Origin: the human T2T-CHM13v2.0 reference genome, Homo sapiens
Assembly (NCBI RefSeq): GCF_009914755.1
Contig: NC_060935.1
Length of the DNA stretch: 64,000 nt
Reading direction: 5' to 3' (one strand)
Part shown: piece after piece, positions 1-12,800 of the stretch
Layout: every line of letters starts with the position of its first letter
How positions within the stretch are numbered: the first letter of the stretch is position 1
Notes under the pieces: generated by a model
Told to the model about the DNA's origin: nothing
Seen by the model: the letters and a program-made list of their open reading frames with translations, nothing else
Database searches by the model: none
Translations under genes and position numbers: made by a program

Positions 1-197
1 AAGGGATGTTGGATTTTATCAAAAACTTTTTCTGCATCTATTGAGATGAAAATAGGTTATTTGTTTTTATTTATGTTTACATGCAAAAACAGAAAACTAA
101 ACATTGGGTACACATAGACATGAAGATGGAAACAATAGACACTGGGGAATACAAGATGTGGGAGGGAAAGGGGCAGGGATTGAAAAAAATTACCTAC
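1..197. mobile_element. L1 fragments (antisense ORF2-like 1-80, sense 3'UTR-like ~85-197)
   Basis: Motifs 'ttctgcatctattgagatg' and 'aacaatagacactgggga' resemble L1. Confidence 0.6.
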
Positions 198-199
198 CT

Positions 200-446
200 G
201 TATTGAATGCTGCTGTACACTGCAGAGTACAGTATTGGTTGTTTAAGCTCATGATCATGTGTCTGGCTGGAAGCTGTGGCAGCTGCCCAGCATCATGAGA
301 GAATATTGTACCAAATACTACTAGTGCAGGAAAAGGTCAAAATTCAAAATTTTAAGTACAGTCTCTATTGAATATATATTGCTTTCACTCCATCATAAAG
401 TTAAAAAAAATTAAATTGAACCATCCTAAGTTGGGGACCCTCTGTA
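200..446 (-). mobile_element. MER47/Tigger-family DNA transposon remnant
   Basis: Terminus 'gaaccatcctaagttggggaccctctgta' and internal similarity to recalled MER47A. Confidence 0.65.
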
Positions 447-1185
447 AAATCACCACCTGCACTAGCTCACTCCTGATCCTCCTTACCTGCTCTATCAGCA
501 ACATCAGTAGCTCCTGGGGGAATGGTGAAAACTACAAATGCTCAGATTTCTGAGTCAGCAAGTCTCGGGGTAGGGCCTAGCATTCTGTGTTTTAACAAGC
601 CTGCAGGAAATTTTGATACACAGTAAAATTTGAAAGCCATCAAGGGAGAACCATCGTGAGCTTTCTAAACTCACTCCTTTTGTTTGTTGTTTCTATTGAT
701 ATGATTAGCTCCTGAGACTAGAATGGTCTAAAACTGCAATAACATCCTCTCCTGAGGAATAGTTTATCACACTCACTTTTTTCCTACATGAAGAGAGAAT
801 TGTTAGATGATAATTGTCCTGGAAACTTTTTTTGTTTTTACCTTTATATAATACCCCTCACCAAAATAATTGGTAATTGTAAAGATTATTATCTGATTAT
901 TAACAAACTAAGCTTTGGAGTTAGACTCAGAATGAATTTAGTAAAAGTCATCCCCCCTTAATATAAGTGTGACCTTAAGAAAATTATTTAACCTTTTTTA
1001 GTTTTAGTTCCCAATGCAATAAAATAGGCATTATACTTTCCTATGAAAGTTGTTGTGTGGATTAACAGTGAAGGTATACATAGAACATTCAGTACCAACC
1101 TTGGATTAAATGTTCAGTGAAGAGTATCCATTGTTAATATAGCTTATTTTAGGTTTCTGAGGTAAGAGTCTCAGGCATGTCTTGA

Positions 1186-1475
<290 letters not shown>

Positions 1476-2676
1476 TTGAAATTTTTTATTAATTAAAAGA
1501 ACTGTTTAAAGTGACACATGATCAGAGAAGATTTTAAAAGGCAAATATTTTTCAAAAATTTACACTTATATGAACATTAAATGTTGTAAATTACAAACCT
1601 TTACTTTTAATAATAGTATAATATTTATTATATTATTCTTAAATATCTAATATTTATCAGGTTCTTACTATGTTCAGGCACCATGTTAAAAGCTTTAACA
1701 AGTATATTCACACTCAGCCACATAAAACAGAAACGTAGCTTGAAACTCATTAAGCTTAATAAAAGGTTTAAATCAGTTTTTTAAAATGTAAATAAATTCT
1801 ACTTTCAAAGGAGAAACTTAAATGTCAAAAAATGTTTATATACTTTTGAGTGGGTCAGGGAAGAAGATATCTCTTATCCTTAGAATTATCTTAGATACAC
1901 AATCCTTCATAAAGGATCTTTTCATTAGTTATCAACTGAAATTTAAAAATATATGAAGTTCATTTCATCTCTACTATGTTATAGCAAGACTTTAAAGAGT
2001 TGCCTTTAATTTCTACAATCTGGTTACATATATTATGACAATAGCAACATAACATTCTTTTAAAGAACATGTACTATGTATGATAGGGAGAAAGTCACTG
2101 CTCATAAATGAAAGGCAGTGTATTTCACACATTAATCAGATTAAATATGTAAAAAAAAGTGGTTTAAGTAGTTTCCATTTCCATCTCCCTCAAAAAACTA
2201 GATGTCATGAAGTAATCAAATACTAATAATTTTATCTTCTTATTTTTTCCAAGAAAAGCAAAATTTTCTCTCTCCTGGTACAAAAAAAAAAACAAAAACA
2301 TTTCAAATGAAAACTGATTCTCTAAGGGCCTTGAAACCAAATTCCCACCTACATTTCCCAGCTCATACTGGACTTAGCCCATTTCTTGCATCAATACTGG
2401 GCCTCACAGAAGGCCTGTCAGTATACTGTAGGTACTCATTGATGCCGTTAACAAAATGTATTTCTGATATTTGTGTGGCCCTCTACAATTCTTAGCACAC
2501 TTTTTTTCTGTAGCATCCCATCTTATTGACCCTTTTGTAGATGAAAGAAATCCACTTTAGGAGGACAAGTTACTTGTCTGGAATCCCAGCCTTAGTAAAT
2601 GACTAGAACGCTGAGTTCTAGTCGTCCTGTCCAAAGTTATTTCAAAACACCAAAGAGTAGCTTTGTGGGGAGTGGG

Positions 2677-2708
2677 GTGTGTGTGTGTGTGTGTGTGTGT
2701 GGGTGTGT
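2677..2708. repeat. (GT)n microsatellite
   Basis: GT run of about 12 units plus an imperfect extension. Confidence 0.9.
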
Positions 2709-3547
2709 AGCTCAGAAAGCAGACCAGTAGGAAGGAGGGGGCAGTGGCCAAAATATAGTCACACAACCAAAACAGATGTAGGGAGTCTGAGAAATGTAGT
2801 ATTTTGGCTGGACTTTATGCTTCCCTGAATAAAATTAATTGTCTGTTACTAAGAAAGAATGGGAGGATGAATATTATATGAACAATTAGCATTTCCATTG
2901 CAGTTAAGAAGGATTTCTCTATGCTCTCTCTCTCTCTCTCTGTCTCACACTCACATACTTGAATATATAAACATGAGCAGAGTAGTTAGAGCTTCAGAGC
3001 TTCCTTTGTGATTGTCCTTTACAGCTAAAGAACTATCGGTTCGTAAGTAAAGTTCTATACTTATGAACAACCAGGGCAAGAGGAGGGACGGTGTTAGATT
3101 CTTTTCCTTACTCCTCATTATTTTTCTGTTCACATAGTAAATGTTTAAATAAGTATTTCCTGTACTGATCTAGCCATTGAAAAAATGTTTATTGAATTTA
3201 GATACAGTAAAGCAATTCTTACTTTAATTTAGTCATATATAGTAATCTAATATGATCAGAGCTTAGTCCTTAGCTACCTGGCATGATCATATTTACATTA
3301 CCCTATACTTTTAATTAATGGTTCCCTCAAAAAAGGCACACTTAGAAACAGATGTATTTGTTTTAATCTTGACCCTTCATAAACAACATCTGCTACTCCT
3401 TTAAACTAATCACTATGAGAAACCATGAAATAAGGCCTGACCCATCACAAAATCTAGAGATTGCATTCAGCATGTTTGCTCTATGGTACAGAAAATTAAT
3501 TTCACTTATTTTCATTTTTTTCCCGCCTTTTTCTGACTGCTCTACAG

Positions 3548-3667
3548 GCTGTATATTGATGGTCCTTTTGGAAGTCCATTTGAGGAATCACTGAACTATG
3601 AGGTCAGCCTCTGCATGGCTGGAGTCATTGGAGTAACTCCATTTGCATAAATACTCAACACCCTGTT
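3548..3667 (+). pseudogene. NOX4P1: NOX4-like exon 14 (120 bp) with premature stop
   Basis: ctacag|G CTG TAT ATT GAT...CTG TT|gtatgt. Reads LYIDGPFGSPFEESLNYEVSLCMAGVIGVTPFA*ILNTL, versus recalled NOX4 ...CVAGGIGVTPFASIL. Confidence 0.95.
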
Positions 3668-4305
3668 GTATGTCATTTTGATCTATTTTGTTAATCCAAA
3701 TAGAGAACTGCCAATATTTCTGATATCTCTCTTTTTAGTATAAAATAATTCCTTATTGAATTATTCTACTTGTTGATCAAGGACCTCCATTTACTGATTG
3801 ATGAGGGGAATAATTCAGTGATTCTCAACATGTGGTCTGTGGCTCCTAGCATATTCTCTTGTAGAAAGATGTCATATCACAGTTATGCACTCCTCTGTCC
3901 TTTTCCTTTGTTAAAAGCCATTCGCCTCCATCCTTCATTTTCTGTGTCCTCATCAGCGGCAAGTGGTTCTACTCATTCATTCAGTCAACAAATATTTTTG
4001 AGCACCCATGTGCCAATAGGTCTTACAGGTATTGGGAAGACAGCAATGAATGAAAACAGAGACCCTGCCCTTAAAAAGCTTGCGTTCAAATGGGGCAGGT
4101 AAAAAAGAAAGCAATGAAAAATATAAATAAAATTATTTCAGAAAATATTAGAATTTTGACAAAAGGTAGACATTAATGGATATGGAAATAAAGGGTTGGG
4201 TTTATTGTTGAAATATGGTCAGGCTTTTCTGAGATGACAACTGAACACATCATTCCTTCATTTGTTACTTAGCAAATTTACAACAGACTAAAGAAAGTAA
4301 CTTCA

Positions 4306-4641
<336 letters not shown>

Positions 4642-5562
4642 CTAAACTAAAACTTATTTTAGTTTCAGGATTGTAAGCAAAAGTTAATTGATTGATATTC
4701 TTATGAAAACACAAAGCAAAATAAAAAGTAGAAAGTTATTCTCATATCTATTCCATTTACTTTTTTTTTTGCAGAACCAAAAAAGCAATAATAAATTTAA
4801 GTGATGTGGTTGAATGATATTTTATTTCAGTTTTAAATACTAGATGTAAATTTGGTACTTTCTGGTGGTTCTTACAAAAATGATCATGCTCCAAGCCAGA
4901 AATAGTTTGTTTCTGACAACACATTACAAGTTATTTGGATACCTAATGTTATGAAAAAGGAAGAACATTTTCTTAACCTCAAACCTACTTTATAAATAGG
5001 GATCCAAACTTGGAATTATGAGTTGCTGGAATGCATTACATCATACATGATTGTGAAATCTCTTTCTTTAATGATTTTTAAGAGGGGATAAACAACCAAG
5101 TTTCTGGAATGGTTTTGGCTCATTTTGCCAAAAATCCAGGGCAAGACTGAATGACCTTTGGAGCCCTACTGAGTCTGTGATAGAATTCACTGAAAGTTGA
5201 AAACTTGTTTTTTTCTGTGATGCAGAGCCCAATATTATTCTGGTCCAGTTCAGTTATGGCCTTCAACTGGAAATGGCTGATATTCATACTTGTCAATATT
5301 ATTCACACTTAAATTCATTTAACACTTAAACACCTAAATTCATGAAGTATGTCATATCCTTGAGTCAGTATATTGCATATTAAATTCATTTAGGTCTTGT
5401 GCTATCAGATGCTAGAATGTAAATGACTGATTTTTCTATTGGTTTCTATTGGATATTTCTATTGGTTGCTTACTAATGAAAAGGAAACTTTCAAAGATAT
5501 ATGAATTCTTTAATATTTGTGTTTGCCATCCTAATCACTATCATGTTATTTTAATTTTAAAG

Positions 5563-5671
5563 GGATGACTGGAAACCATACAAGCTTAGAAGACTATACT
5601 TTATTTGGGCATGCAGAGATATCCAGTCCTTCCATTGGTTTGCAGACTTACTCTGTATGTTGCATAACAAG
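5563..5671 (+). pseudogene. NOX4P1: NOX4-like exon 15 (109 bp)
   Basis: ttaaag|G GAT GAC TGG...AAC AAG|gtaaca. Reads DDWKPYKLRRLYFIWACRDIQSFHWFADLLCMLHNK (V462A and R470H versus recalled NOX4). Confidence 0.95.
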
Positions 5672-6599
5672 GTAACATTAGGGTTGGTTCTAGTTTTGCA
5701 ATTTTTCAAATTAAAAATGTTATAGCTTTTATATTACAAGAGCAATAAATGCTCGCCATAGAATAAACCATAGAAATTATGCAGATAAGTAGCAAGGAAA
5801 GAAATAAGTCTCTTAAACATAAAAAATCAGAGATAATATCTGTTAGCAATTAGGCACACATCTTTTCAGATATGGATATTTGTGAGTATATATTTTAACA
5901 TAGAAACATTCATTTCTATGTTTTAACATAGGGTGTTTCACATTGAAATGTATGCATATGGCTAAAGGTGATGAGGGAAGACAATGGAGGGAATTACCAG
6001 AAGGCTCCTGCTGTAACACCTTCCATCCTTTGTTCTGTTAGCACTTACCCTTGATTGCCATCTTTAATACTGCAAATCACCAGACTTTTTGGTATACGAT
6101 ACAAATCTCAACAATCCCAAATTCTGTGTTTTATTTTTTGCAGAGATAAAGCAGGAATCTTTTCCTATCCTACCTGTAACATTTGACCTATTTATCTTTA
6201 TTCACATTATACAAGTGATACACATATGCATCCTTGCTACAAATATTTCAAACAATTCTGATAAAGTAAAATCCTCTCTTACTACCTTCCCTACCTAATC
6301 TATGTAAACAGAGGTAACTCTTAAGTGTTCTATAAATTATATCATACTATCTATATTGTTTATGCAAATTCCTTTATTAATTGATTACTATGTCTTGACT
6401 ATTTTTTGGTATTAGTGCATATAGAACTGCCTCATTGTTTTTCCCGGTGCCAACAATTAGAGATGATAGACCCACCTGATTCTTTTAGAGTATTTCATTG
6501 TATAGATATATCTAGCTTACTGAACAATTCTCTAATGTTAGATACTTTTTTATTACAAAGAATGCTGAAATGGATATCATTATATATACCTCTTTGTGC

Positions 6600-7170
6600 A
6601 TGCATTCACTCATTCAGTCAGTCATTCTATCATTCAGTGTATATTTATTAACTGCTAACTATCAATCTGAAACTATTCTAGGATCTGAAACCTCATCAGG
6701 TGGCAAAATAAAACCAAGTTTCTGATCTCATGTGGTTTACATTCTAAGGGGGCAAGATAGACAACAACCAATAAATACATTGAGCATCAGGTTCTGAGAT
6801 TCGGGTTAGGACAAAGAAGGAAGGGAAAGTAGGAGTAAAGCAGCGTAAACAGTAGAGAGTGTGTTACTTTATATTGCACGTTCAGGAACAACCATCAAAC
6901 AAAATGCTATAATGCCATTTGAGCAGACTTGACTGAAGTGAATGAGCAGACTAGACACATATTTTGGAGAAAAAAAATCAAGATAGAGAAACCTAACTTC
7001 ATAGGCAAGGGCTCTGAGGCAGCGGTATGCTTGGTGTCCTGAAAGAAGAGAAAGGAGATCTGTGTGGATGAAGCAGAGTAAGCAAGAGAAAGAATAGTAG
7101 GACAGGCAATTAGAGAGGTGGTATCTGTGCTTTTCTGGGAAGAGGTGGATTATGTAAGTCCTCCAGACTT
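6600..7170 (-). mobile_element. L2 remnant
   Basis: (CATT)-like terminus followed by diverged L2 3'-like sequence. Confidence 0.55.
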
Positions 7171-7204
7171 TATGCAAAATAAATAAATAAAAATAAATGA
7201 AAAC

Positions 7205-7655
7205 ATTCGTTCTGGATATGTACCTAGAAGAATTAAAAGCAGGCAATTGGACAGATATTTGTATGCCAATGCCAATAGAAGCATTATTCACAATAGCCAA
7301 AGGATGGAAACAACCCAAATATTCATCAATAGTTGAATGGATAAACAAATTATGATATATACGTACAATGCAAAACTATTCAGCCTTAAAAAGGAAGGAA
7401 ATTATGACACATAGTACATGGATGAACTTTGAAGACATAATGCTAAATGAAATATGCCAGACACGAAAGCACAAATATATTATGCTGTCACTTATAGGAG
7501 GTCCCTAGAGTAGTTTAATTTGCAGAGGCAGGAAGTAGAATAGTCTCTACATATGCATCCTTGCTAAAAATATTTCAAACAATTCAGATACAGTAAAATC
7601 CTCTCAGGTTGCCAAAGCCTTCGGGGAGCGGGAAATGAGGGGGTTGTTGTTCCAT
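7205..7655 (+). mobile_element. L1M (L1MB-like) 3' fragment
   Basis: Contains 'gcattattcacaatagccaaaggatggaaacaacccaaat...gaatggataaacaaa'. Confidence 0.8.
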
Positions 7656-8205
7656 ATTTTTTTCTAGACTATTTATTTTTGCAGGTATATTTTTGCCTCG
7701 TGCATTTTTGTGCAAGAGAAACCAGAGCCCATTGCTGAATAAGCGGAAGGCAGGAACAGGAAAAAGTATCTATTTGCGTTGTTTTATATTTGCTAGCATG
7801 CATAAATTAAATCACTATTGTCTTTTTTTCTCAAGAAATTCATGTTCTTGATGAGTAAACTGGTACAATTTTGAGACTCTTAAGGAATAAAATAAGGAGT
7901 ATTTCAGAAAGACTAATATTTGTATAGCATTTAGCATGCTAAATTTTCTATCTATAAAGATAACAGAAAATTATTCCCTACCACTACCATCATCAGACCT
8001 AATTCATACCAAGAGGCCAGATTATTAACATTAGAATCTGTTATATATATTTGTGTGTATGTGTGTGTGTGTATTCATTTTCTTATAGATATTGACTATG
8101 ATAAGCTAGGTTGTGTTAAATTCTAGAATCACATGTTAGAATAGGAGAAAATCTGAGTATACCCACAGAATTGTAATAAGTCTATTCCTTTTTCTGTCCT
8201 CTCAG

Positions 8206-8274
8206 TTTTGGCAAGAGAACAGACCTGACTATGTCAACATCCAGCTGTACCTCAGTCAAACAGATGGGATACAG
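8206..8274 (+). pseudogene. NOX4P1: NOX4-like exon 16 (69 bp)
   Basis: ctcag|TTT TGG CAA...ATA CAG|gtatgt. Reads FWQENRPDYVNIQLYLSQTDGIQ. Confidence 0.95.
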
Positions 8275-9794
8275 GTATGTGGTTGATGTTATCGTAAATT
8301 AAACAAGCCTGTTGATAATAGATTTACTGTAGGAGCTGTGGTGGAAGAAAATTCCTTCAGGTGGTTCGAACAGAAGTTTCCTAGAGGAAAGCCTCCTTTG
8401 GAATATGTCCAGAAAAGTCATAGCTTGTCCTTGAAGTCAACCATATTATGCCTTCCATTTGTCCTCACAGGGAGCTGGGGCAGACTCATAAGGTCTGCCC
8501 CTCCCCTCTTCACTATCGCCTCAAGTTCTTCTGAAATTCAGACTACACATGAACAGCCTTGTGATTTCTTTTTATTGAGGGCACGTTTTATGTGGAGTGA
8601 GAAGATGAGTTCATATACAATTAAGCTTATTTCTAGACAAAGAAAACTAAAAAATAATGATAGCCATCATACATTATTTATTTACTGTTTTAGGAACTGT
8701 GCTAATAATTTCACATATATTAGTTTATGTAATTAAAACAGAGTTAAGCAGTTAATGTTATTCCCATTTTGCAAGTGATGAAACTAATATTTGAAGACAA
8801 CATTGAAGAGCTGGACTGGTGTATAAATCTAGGCATGAATGCATTCACAAATTTTATTTTAGTACTTTTTGTCATACATTTTCACAATACTTTGAATATA
8901 AAATTTGAATGTTTTCAGTTACCTCAAAACTAATCTAACTCTAATTTTCCCAGTCATATTTCTACCCTACTTGGTATGTAAAAAGTATTTCATTTTACCA
9001 GTCTCATGAAGTAAGTCAATATCACTTTTCCTCCTGGTATTGCGATAATTAAGGTATGAAGCATAATTTGTATCTGGTTCTCAGTTTGCCTGCCTGGGAC
9101 TCAGATACTTCCTCCTTTCTCCGCAGTTCACTCTGACTCTTCACATTGATTTAGATCTAATGCTCTCTTAATTGCAAACAGAAGCCCGTTCACAGCCATT
9201 TGTTGATAGACCCAATTTTGGAGTTCTGCTGTTGTGAGCTGTCTTGTCTAGGATCATTTCCCCAAATTTACGATGACAATTTGTAGTATTTTACTTACAT
9301 AATGAGCCAAATATGACAACTGTATCTGTGGTGCCAAAATACTTCAATTGAAATCCATGTGCTGAGCCTTTTTGAGATTGACCAATTAGAATTCATTCTT
9401 TGTCTTACATTGCAGTTCTTTAAAGATGAAACGACTAACTGAAATCTAAGAAAATTAGCCATTTGTCAGAATGGCATTCAAGGAGATTAGTTCTAACAAT
9501 TAGTTCTAACAATTAATTCATTTAAAAATCAAATTTTTGTACCTTTTTACCAGAATAGATTTTGTTTGTTTGTTTAAAAACAAACACATGGAATTCAAGG
9601 AGATAATGGATTTTAAAAGAAAGGAGAAAGGAAACGATATTTTGAAATAATTCTACGTAATAGGTTGCCATTTGATACTTACATTCTTTATATCACAGCA
9701 ATTTGGTGGGAAGCCGCAGCACCAGTAGAAACGATGTTAGAGAACTAGGTTACTTAACTAAATCTCGAATAATATAGTGCTTTCTTTTTGGCAG

Positions 9795-9895
9795 AAGATA
9801 ATTGGAGAAAAATATCATGCACTGAATTCAAGACTGTTTCTTGGACGTCCTCGGTGGAAACTTTTGTTTGATGAAATAGCAAAATATAACAGAGG
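9795..9895 (+). pseudogene. NOX4P1: NOX4-like exon 17 (101 bp)
   Basis: ggcag|AAG ATA ATT...AGA GG|gtaagt. Reads KIIGEKYHALNSRLFLGRPRWKLLFDEIAKYNRG (I521L). The acceptor is a NAGNAG (CAGAAG). Confidence 0.95.
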
Positions 9896-12800
9896 GTAAG
9901 TACTATACCTCAAAAATTTGATATGTGGCTAATAAATTAATTAAAATATTTTCAAATAATTACATGAAGTTTGAAAATGAATTGGCAATGAGTTTACAAA
10001 TGACAAATTCACTGAAACACTCTTTCACTATCAAAGGAAGAAGTAAGGCAAGTATCGTCCTACATTTCTGTAATTCCAAATAATTAAAGTTTGGCTTAGA
10101 AATAGTCTATAATGTATTTATGAACTAAACTCTCCTATCTGATTATAAATTTGTATAGGCCTATATTAAAAATGGGTATTCGCTCCCACAGCATATATCA
10201 GGTGATCCTAGGAAAAGTTTTCAAAATCATGTTTCCAAACAAAGAACTTTACAATTAGTTCTAACAATGAATTCATTTAAAAATCACATTTTTTGTACCT
10301 TTTTTTACCATAATGAATATGTTTTTTGTTTGTTTATTTGTTTTTTAAAAAAACCCTCTGCATTGTAATATGCCGTCTTTAAACCTAGAATATTTCCAAA
10401 AATATTATTTAGAAACTATAATTTTATAAAGAATCTTGTTCTTATGGACTATGTGTCTATGATCTGAAGAAATTACTGAGAAGGAAAGCTTTCATTTTAG
10501 GGCACAGACCAGCCAGCCCATTTGTCTTTTGTAAATTTATCATAGTGCAGAGCACTGATCTATAAGAATTCTAAGAAGATTTTGAAAACTATATAACCAC
10601 TCACATATTTTTAGGTTTACATCTAAATAGTTTCATCATAAGTTTACATAGTTGTAAAAGATGTGATTTCTAACATATCGCAGATATTGACATTTTGTAA
10701 TTAACATAATTTCTTTAAACATATCCACTGGAATATAAATATAGCTAGATGATATTATCATTTATTACAAAAATACATAAACTTTTCTTTTAGCAGTTGG
10801 ATGTTTTACATCATTCTTTTTCTTTCATTTAAGTTGTATTTCTGTCCCATTAACCCATATAATTTTATCAAAATTCAATTAATTTTTTACATTTGAACTA
10901 ATCATATTTTTATTGCTAACCTAATCCTAATCATACTTCAGCAAAAAGAATGAACATAAATTAAATATTTCATTTTAAAATTTTCTGTAATTATAAGGCT
11001 CTAGTATTAATTTTTACTTCTGGCTTGAGTTATCATTTCAATTACTTTATATAGTTGAACACTTCATAATTTTAAAAATATATTTTTATAAACATCAAAA
11101 GGATATTTGATTATAAATGCACAGGCCAGCTTATTAAATGGATTTTTTTTTAAAAATGCAATTTAGGAAATCATGGATGAATATAATTTATTGAAGAAAT
11201 CACTGATTCAAGATGATCCCTATCTCTACCTTCAAAGATTTTGTTTTAGAAATTACAGAATGGAGCCTGGGAAGCAAAATTTATGAAGGAATAATGTTAC
11301 CCATGTGATTCAGATTACAGTCATGTTTAAAACACTTTTGTAGTATTAGGGATGAAGATGTAAGCATGATTTACAAAGCAGAACTTTTTTGTAATATTCA
11401 GAGTTGAAATTTAGAAAAAAATGATTTCAACCCACTTTTGGCTATCTTCCTTTCCCATCTTTCTCCAGTATCACCCATCTTAGATGTGATAATCTTGTCA
11501 TACTCATCTGTCTCTTGCTATGCATTGCAGACATGTTCCTCTTTAGTGCCATTTACTGCTTCTGACAAGAATTTTTTTGTTGATTTTCATTGTATATTGC
11601 TGAAAACTGATAGGTTCTTTGGCTGAATTCAGAAACCAAATCCCTAAAGAGCAGATTATTTACAGGGAAATAGATTGAGGCTGTTGGTTCCTACTGTTAG
11701 TTCTCAAGAAGTCTCATTTGTTAGGCTGTTTGTGTTTTAGAGCCATTTGTGTGTGTGTATATATTTAGTAGTTTGTTCTTTTTCTGCAAAAAATGGAAAA
11801 CTTGTTTAAGAAGAGCAAATGTGCACCATCTGCTGTTGACATTTTGTACAACACTTTGACTTTGTGTATTTGTTCTCAGGCAGGTGCCTTAAATGTGTTT
11901 ACATTTTCTGAAGGATTTTTATGTAGCATACTTAGGAAAAGAATGAATCAACATTCTTCAGGTCTTATTAACTGGACAAAGGCACTGTGTAAATGGATGG
12001 TTTCATTTACAATGTAGCATTTTGATTAACCTCATGCACACAAATTGCTGAAAACATATGGAGATAACAGTAGGGAAGACAGGCATATAAGTTAAGATTT
12101 TAAAATATCATGTGTTGGGCAACACTTTTTAACTTTCAGAAAATGATTACATATTTTTACCAGTAGGCATTCAGAAAATGATTACCAGTAGGCATTAGGT
12201 TAGTATACTATGTAGAATACAAATTTAAATTGCATTAAACACTCCTGGCCCAGAGGTAATGATTGGTAACTCTTCGTTATGTATTCTTACAGAAGCTTTT
12301 GTAAGTTTGTGTGAGAGTGTGTGTGTGTGTACTTATGAAAGTATATGTAAACATATGTTTGTATGTGTGTGTGTGATATATATTTAAAATCAAAACCTTA
12401 GTTTTTTAACAAAAATTGAATCTATGCCAAGTAATTCTTCAGCTTACTTTGTTGTTCTTGTTGTTTTATTTTTTTCTTGGCTTTGCTAGGAAGAACCAAT
12501 TAACTTTTTAATGATGTGCTTCTTTCGATCGTGGACAATTTCTGTGTAATTGTACCTCAAAGTATTCTAGAGTATGAATAACATGACTGCTACTACCCTA
12601 ATTCTTTATATTTAGATTACTTATATTTCTTTATAGTTAAAAATAGTGCTGTGGTAATTATCTTTGTACATACTTTCTCATGTGAGAGTATTGCAGTAGA
12701 TTAAGATCTTTGAGTTGGAATTGCTGGCTCAACAGGTATGCACATTTAGGTACTGCTCTACAAAAACTAAAAGTCAGAATTAATTTACTTTCCACATGTG

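Noticed and set aside
6869-7348. 159-aa ORF
   Set aside because: Antisense L1 plus L2 sequence with no recognisable domain.
8338-8736. 132-aa intronic ORF
   Set aside because: GTG start, no recognisable homology, and partly MIR-like. Consistent with chance.
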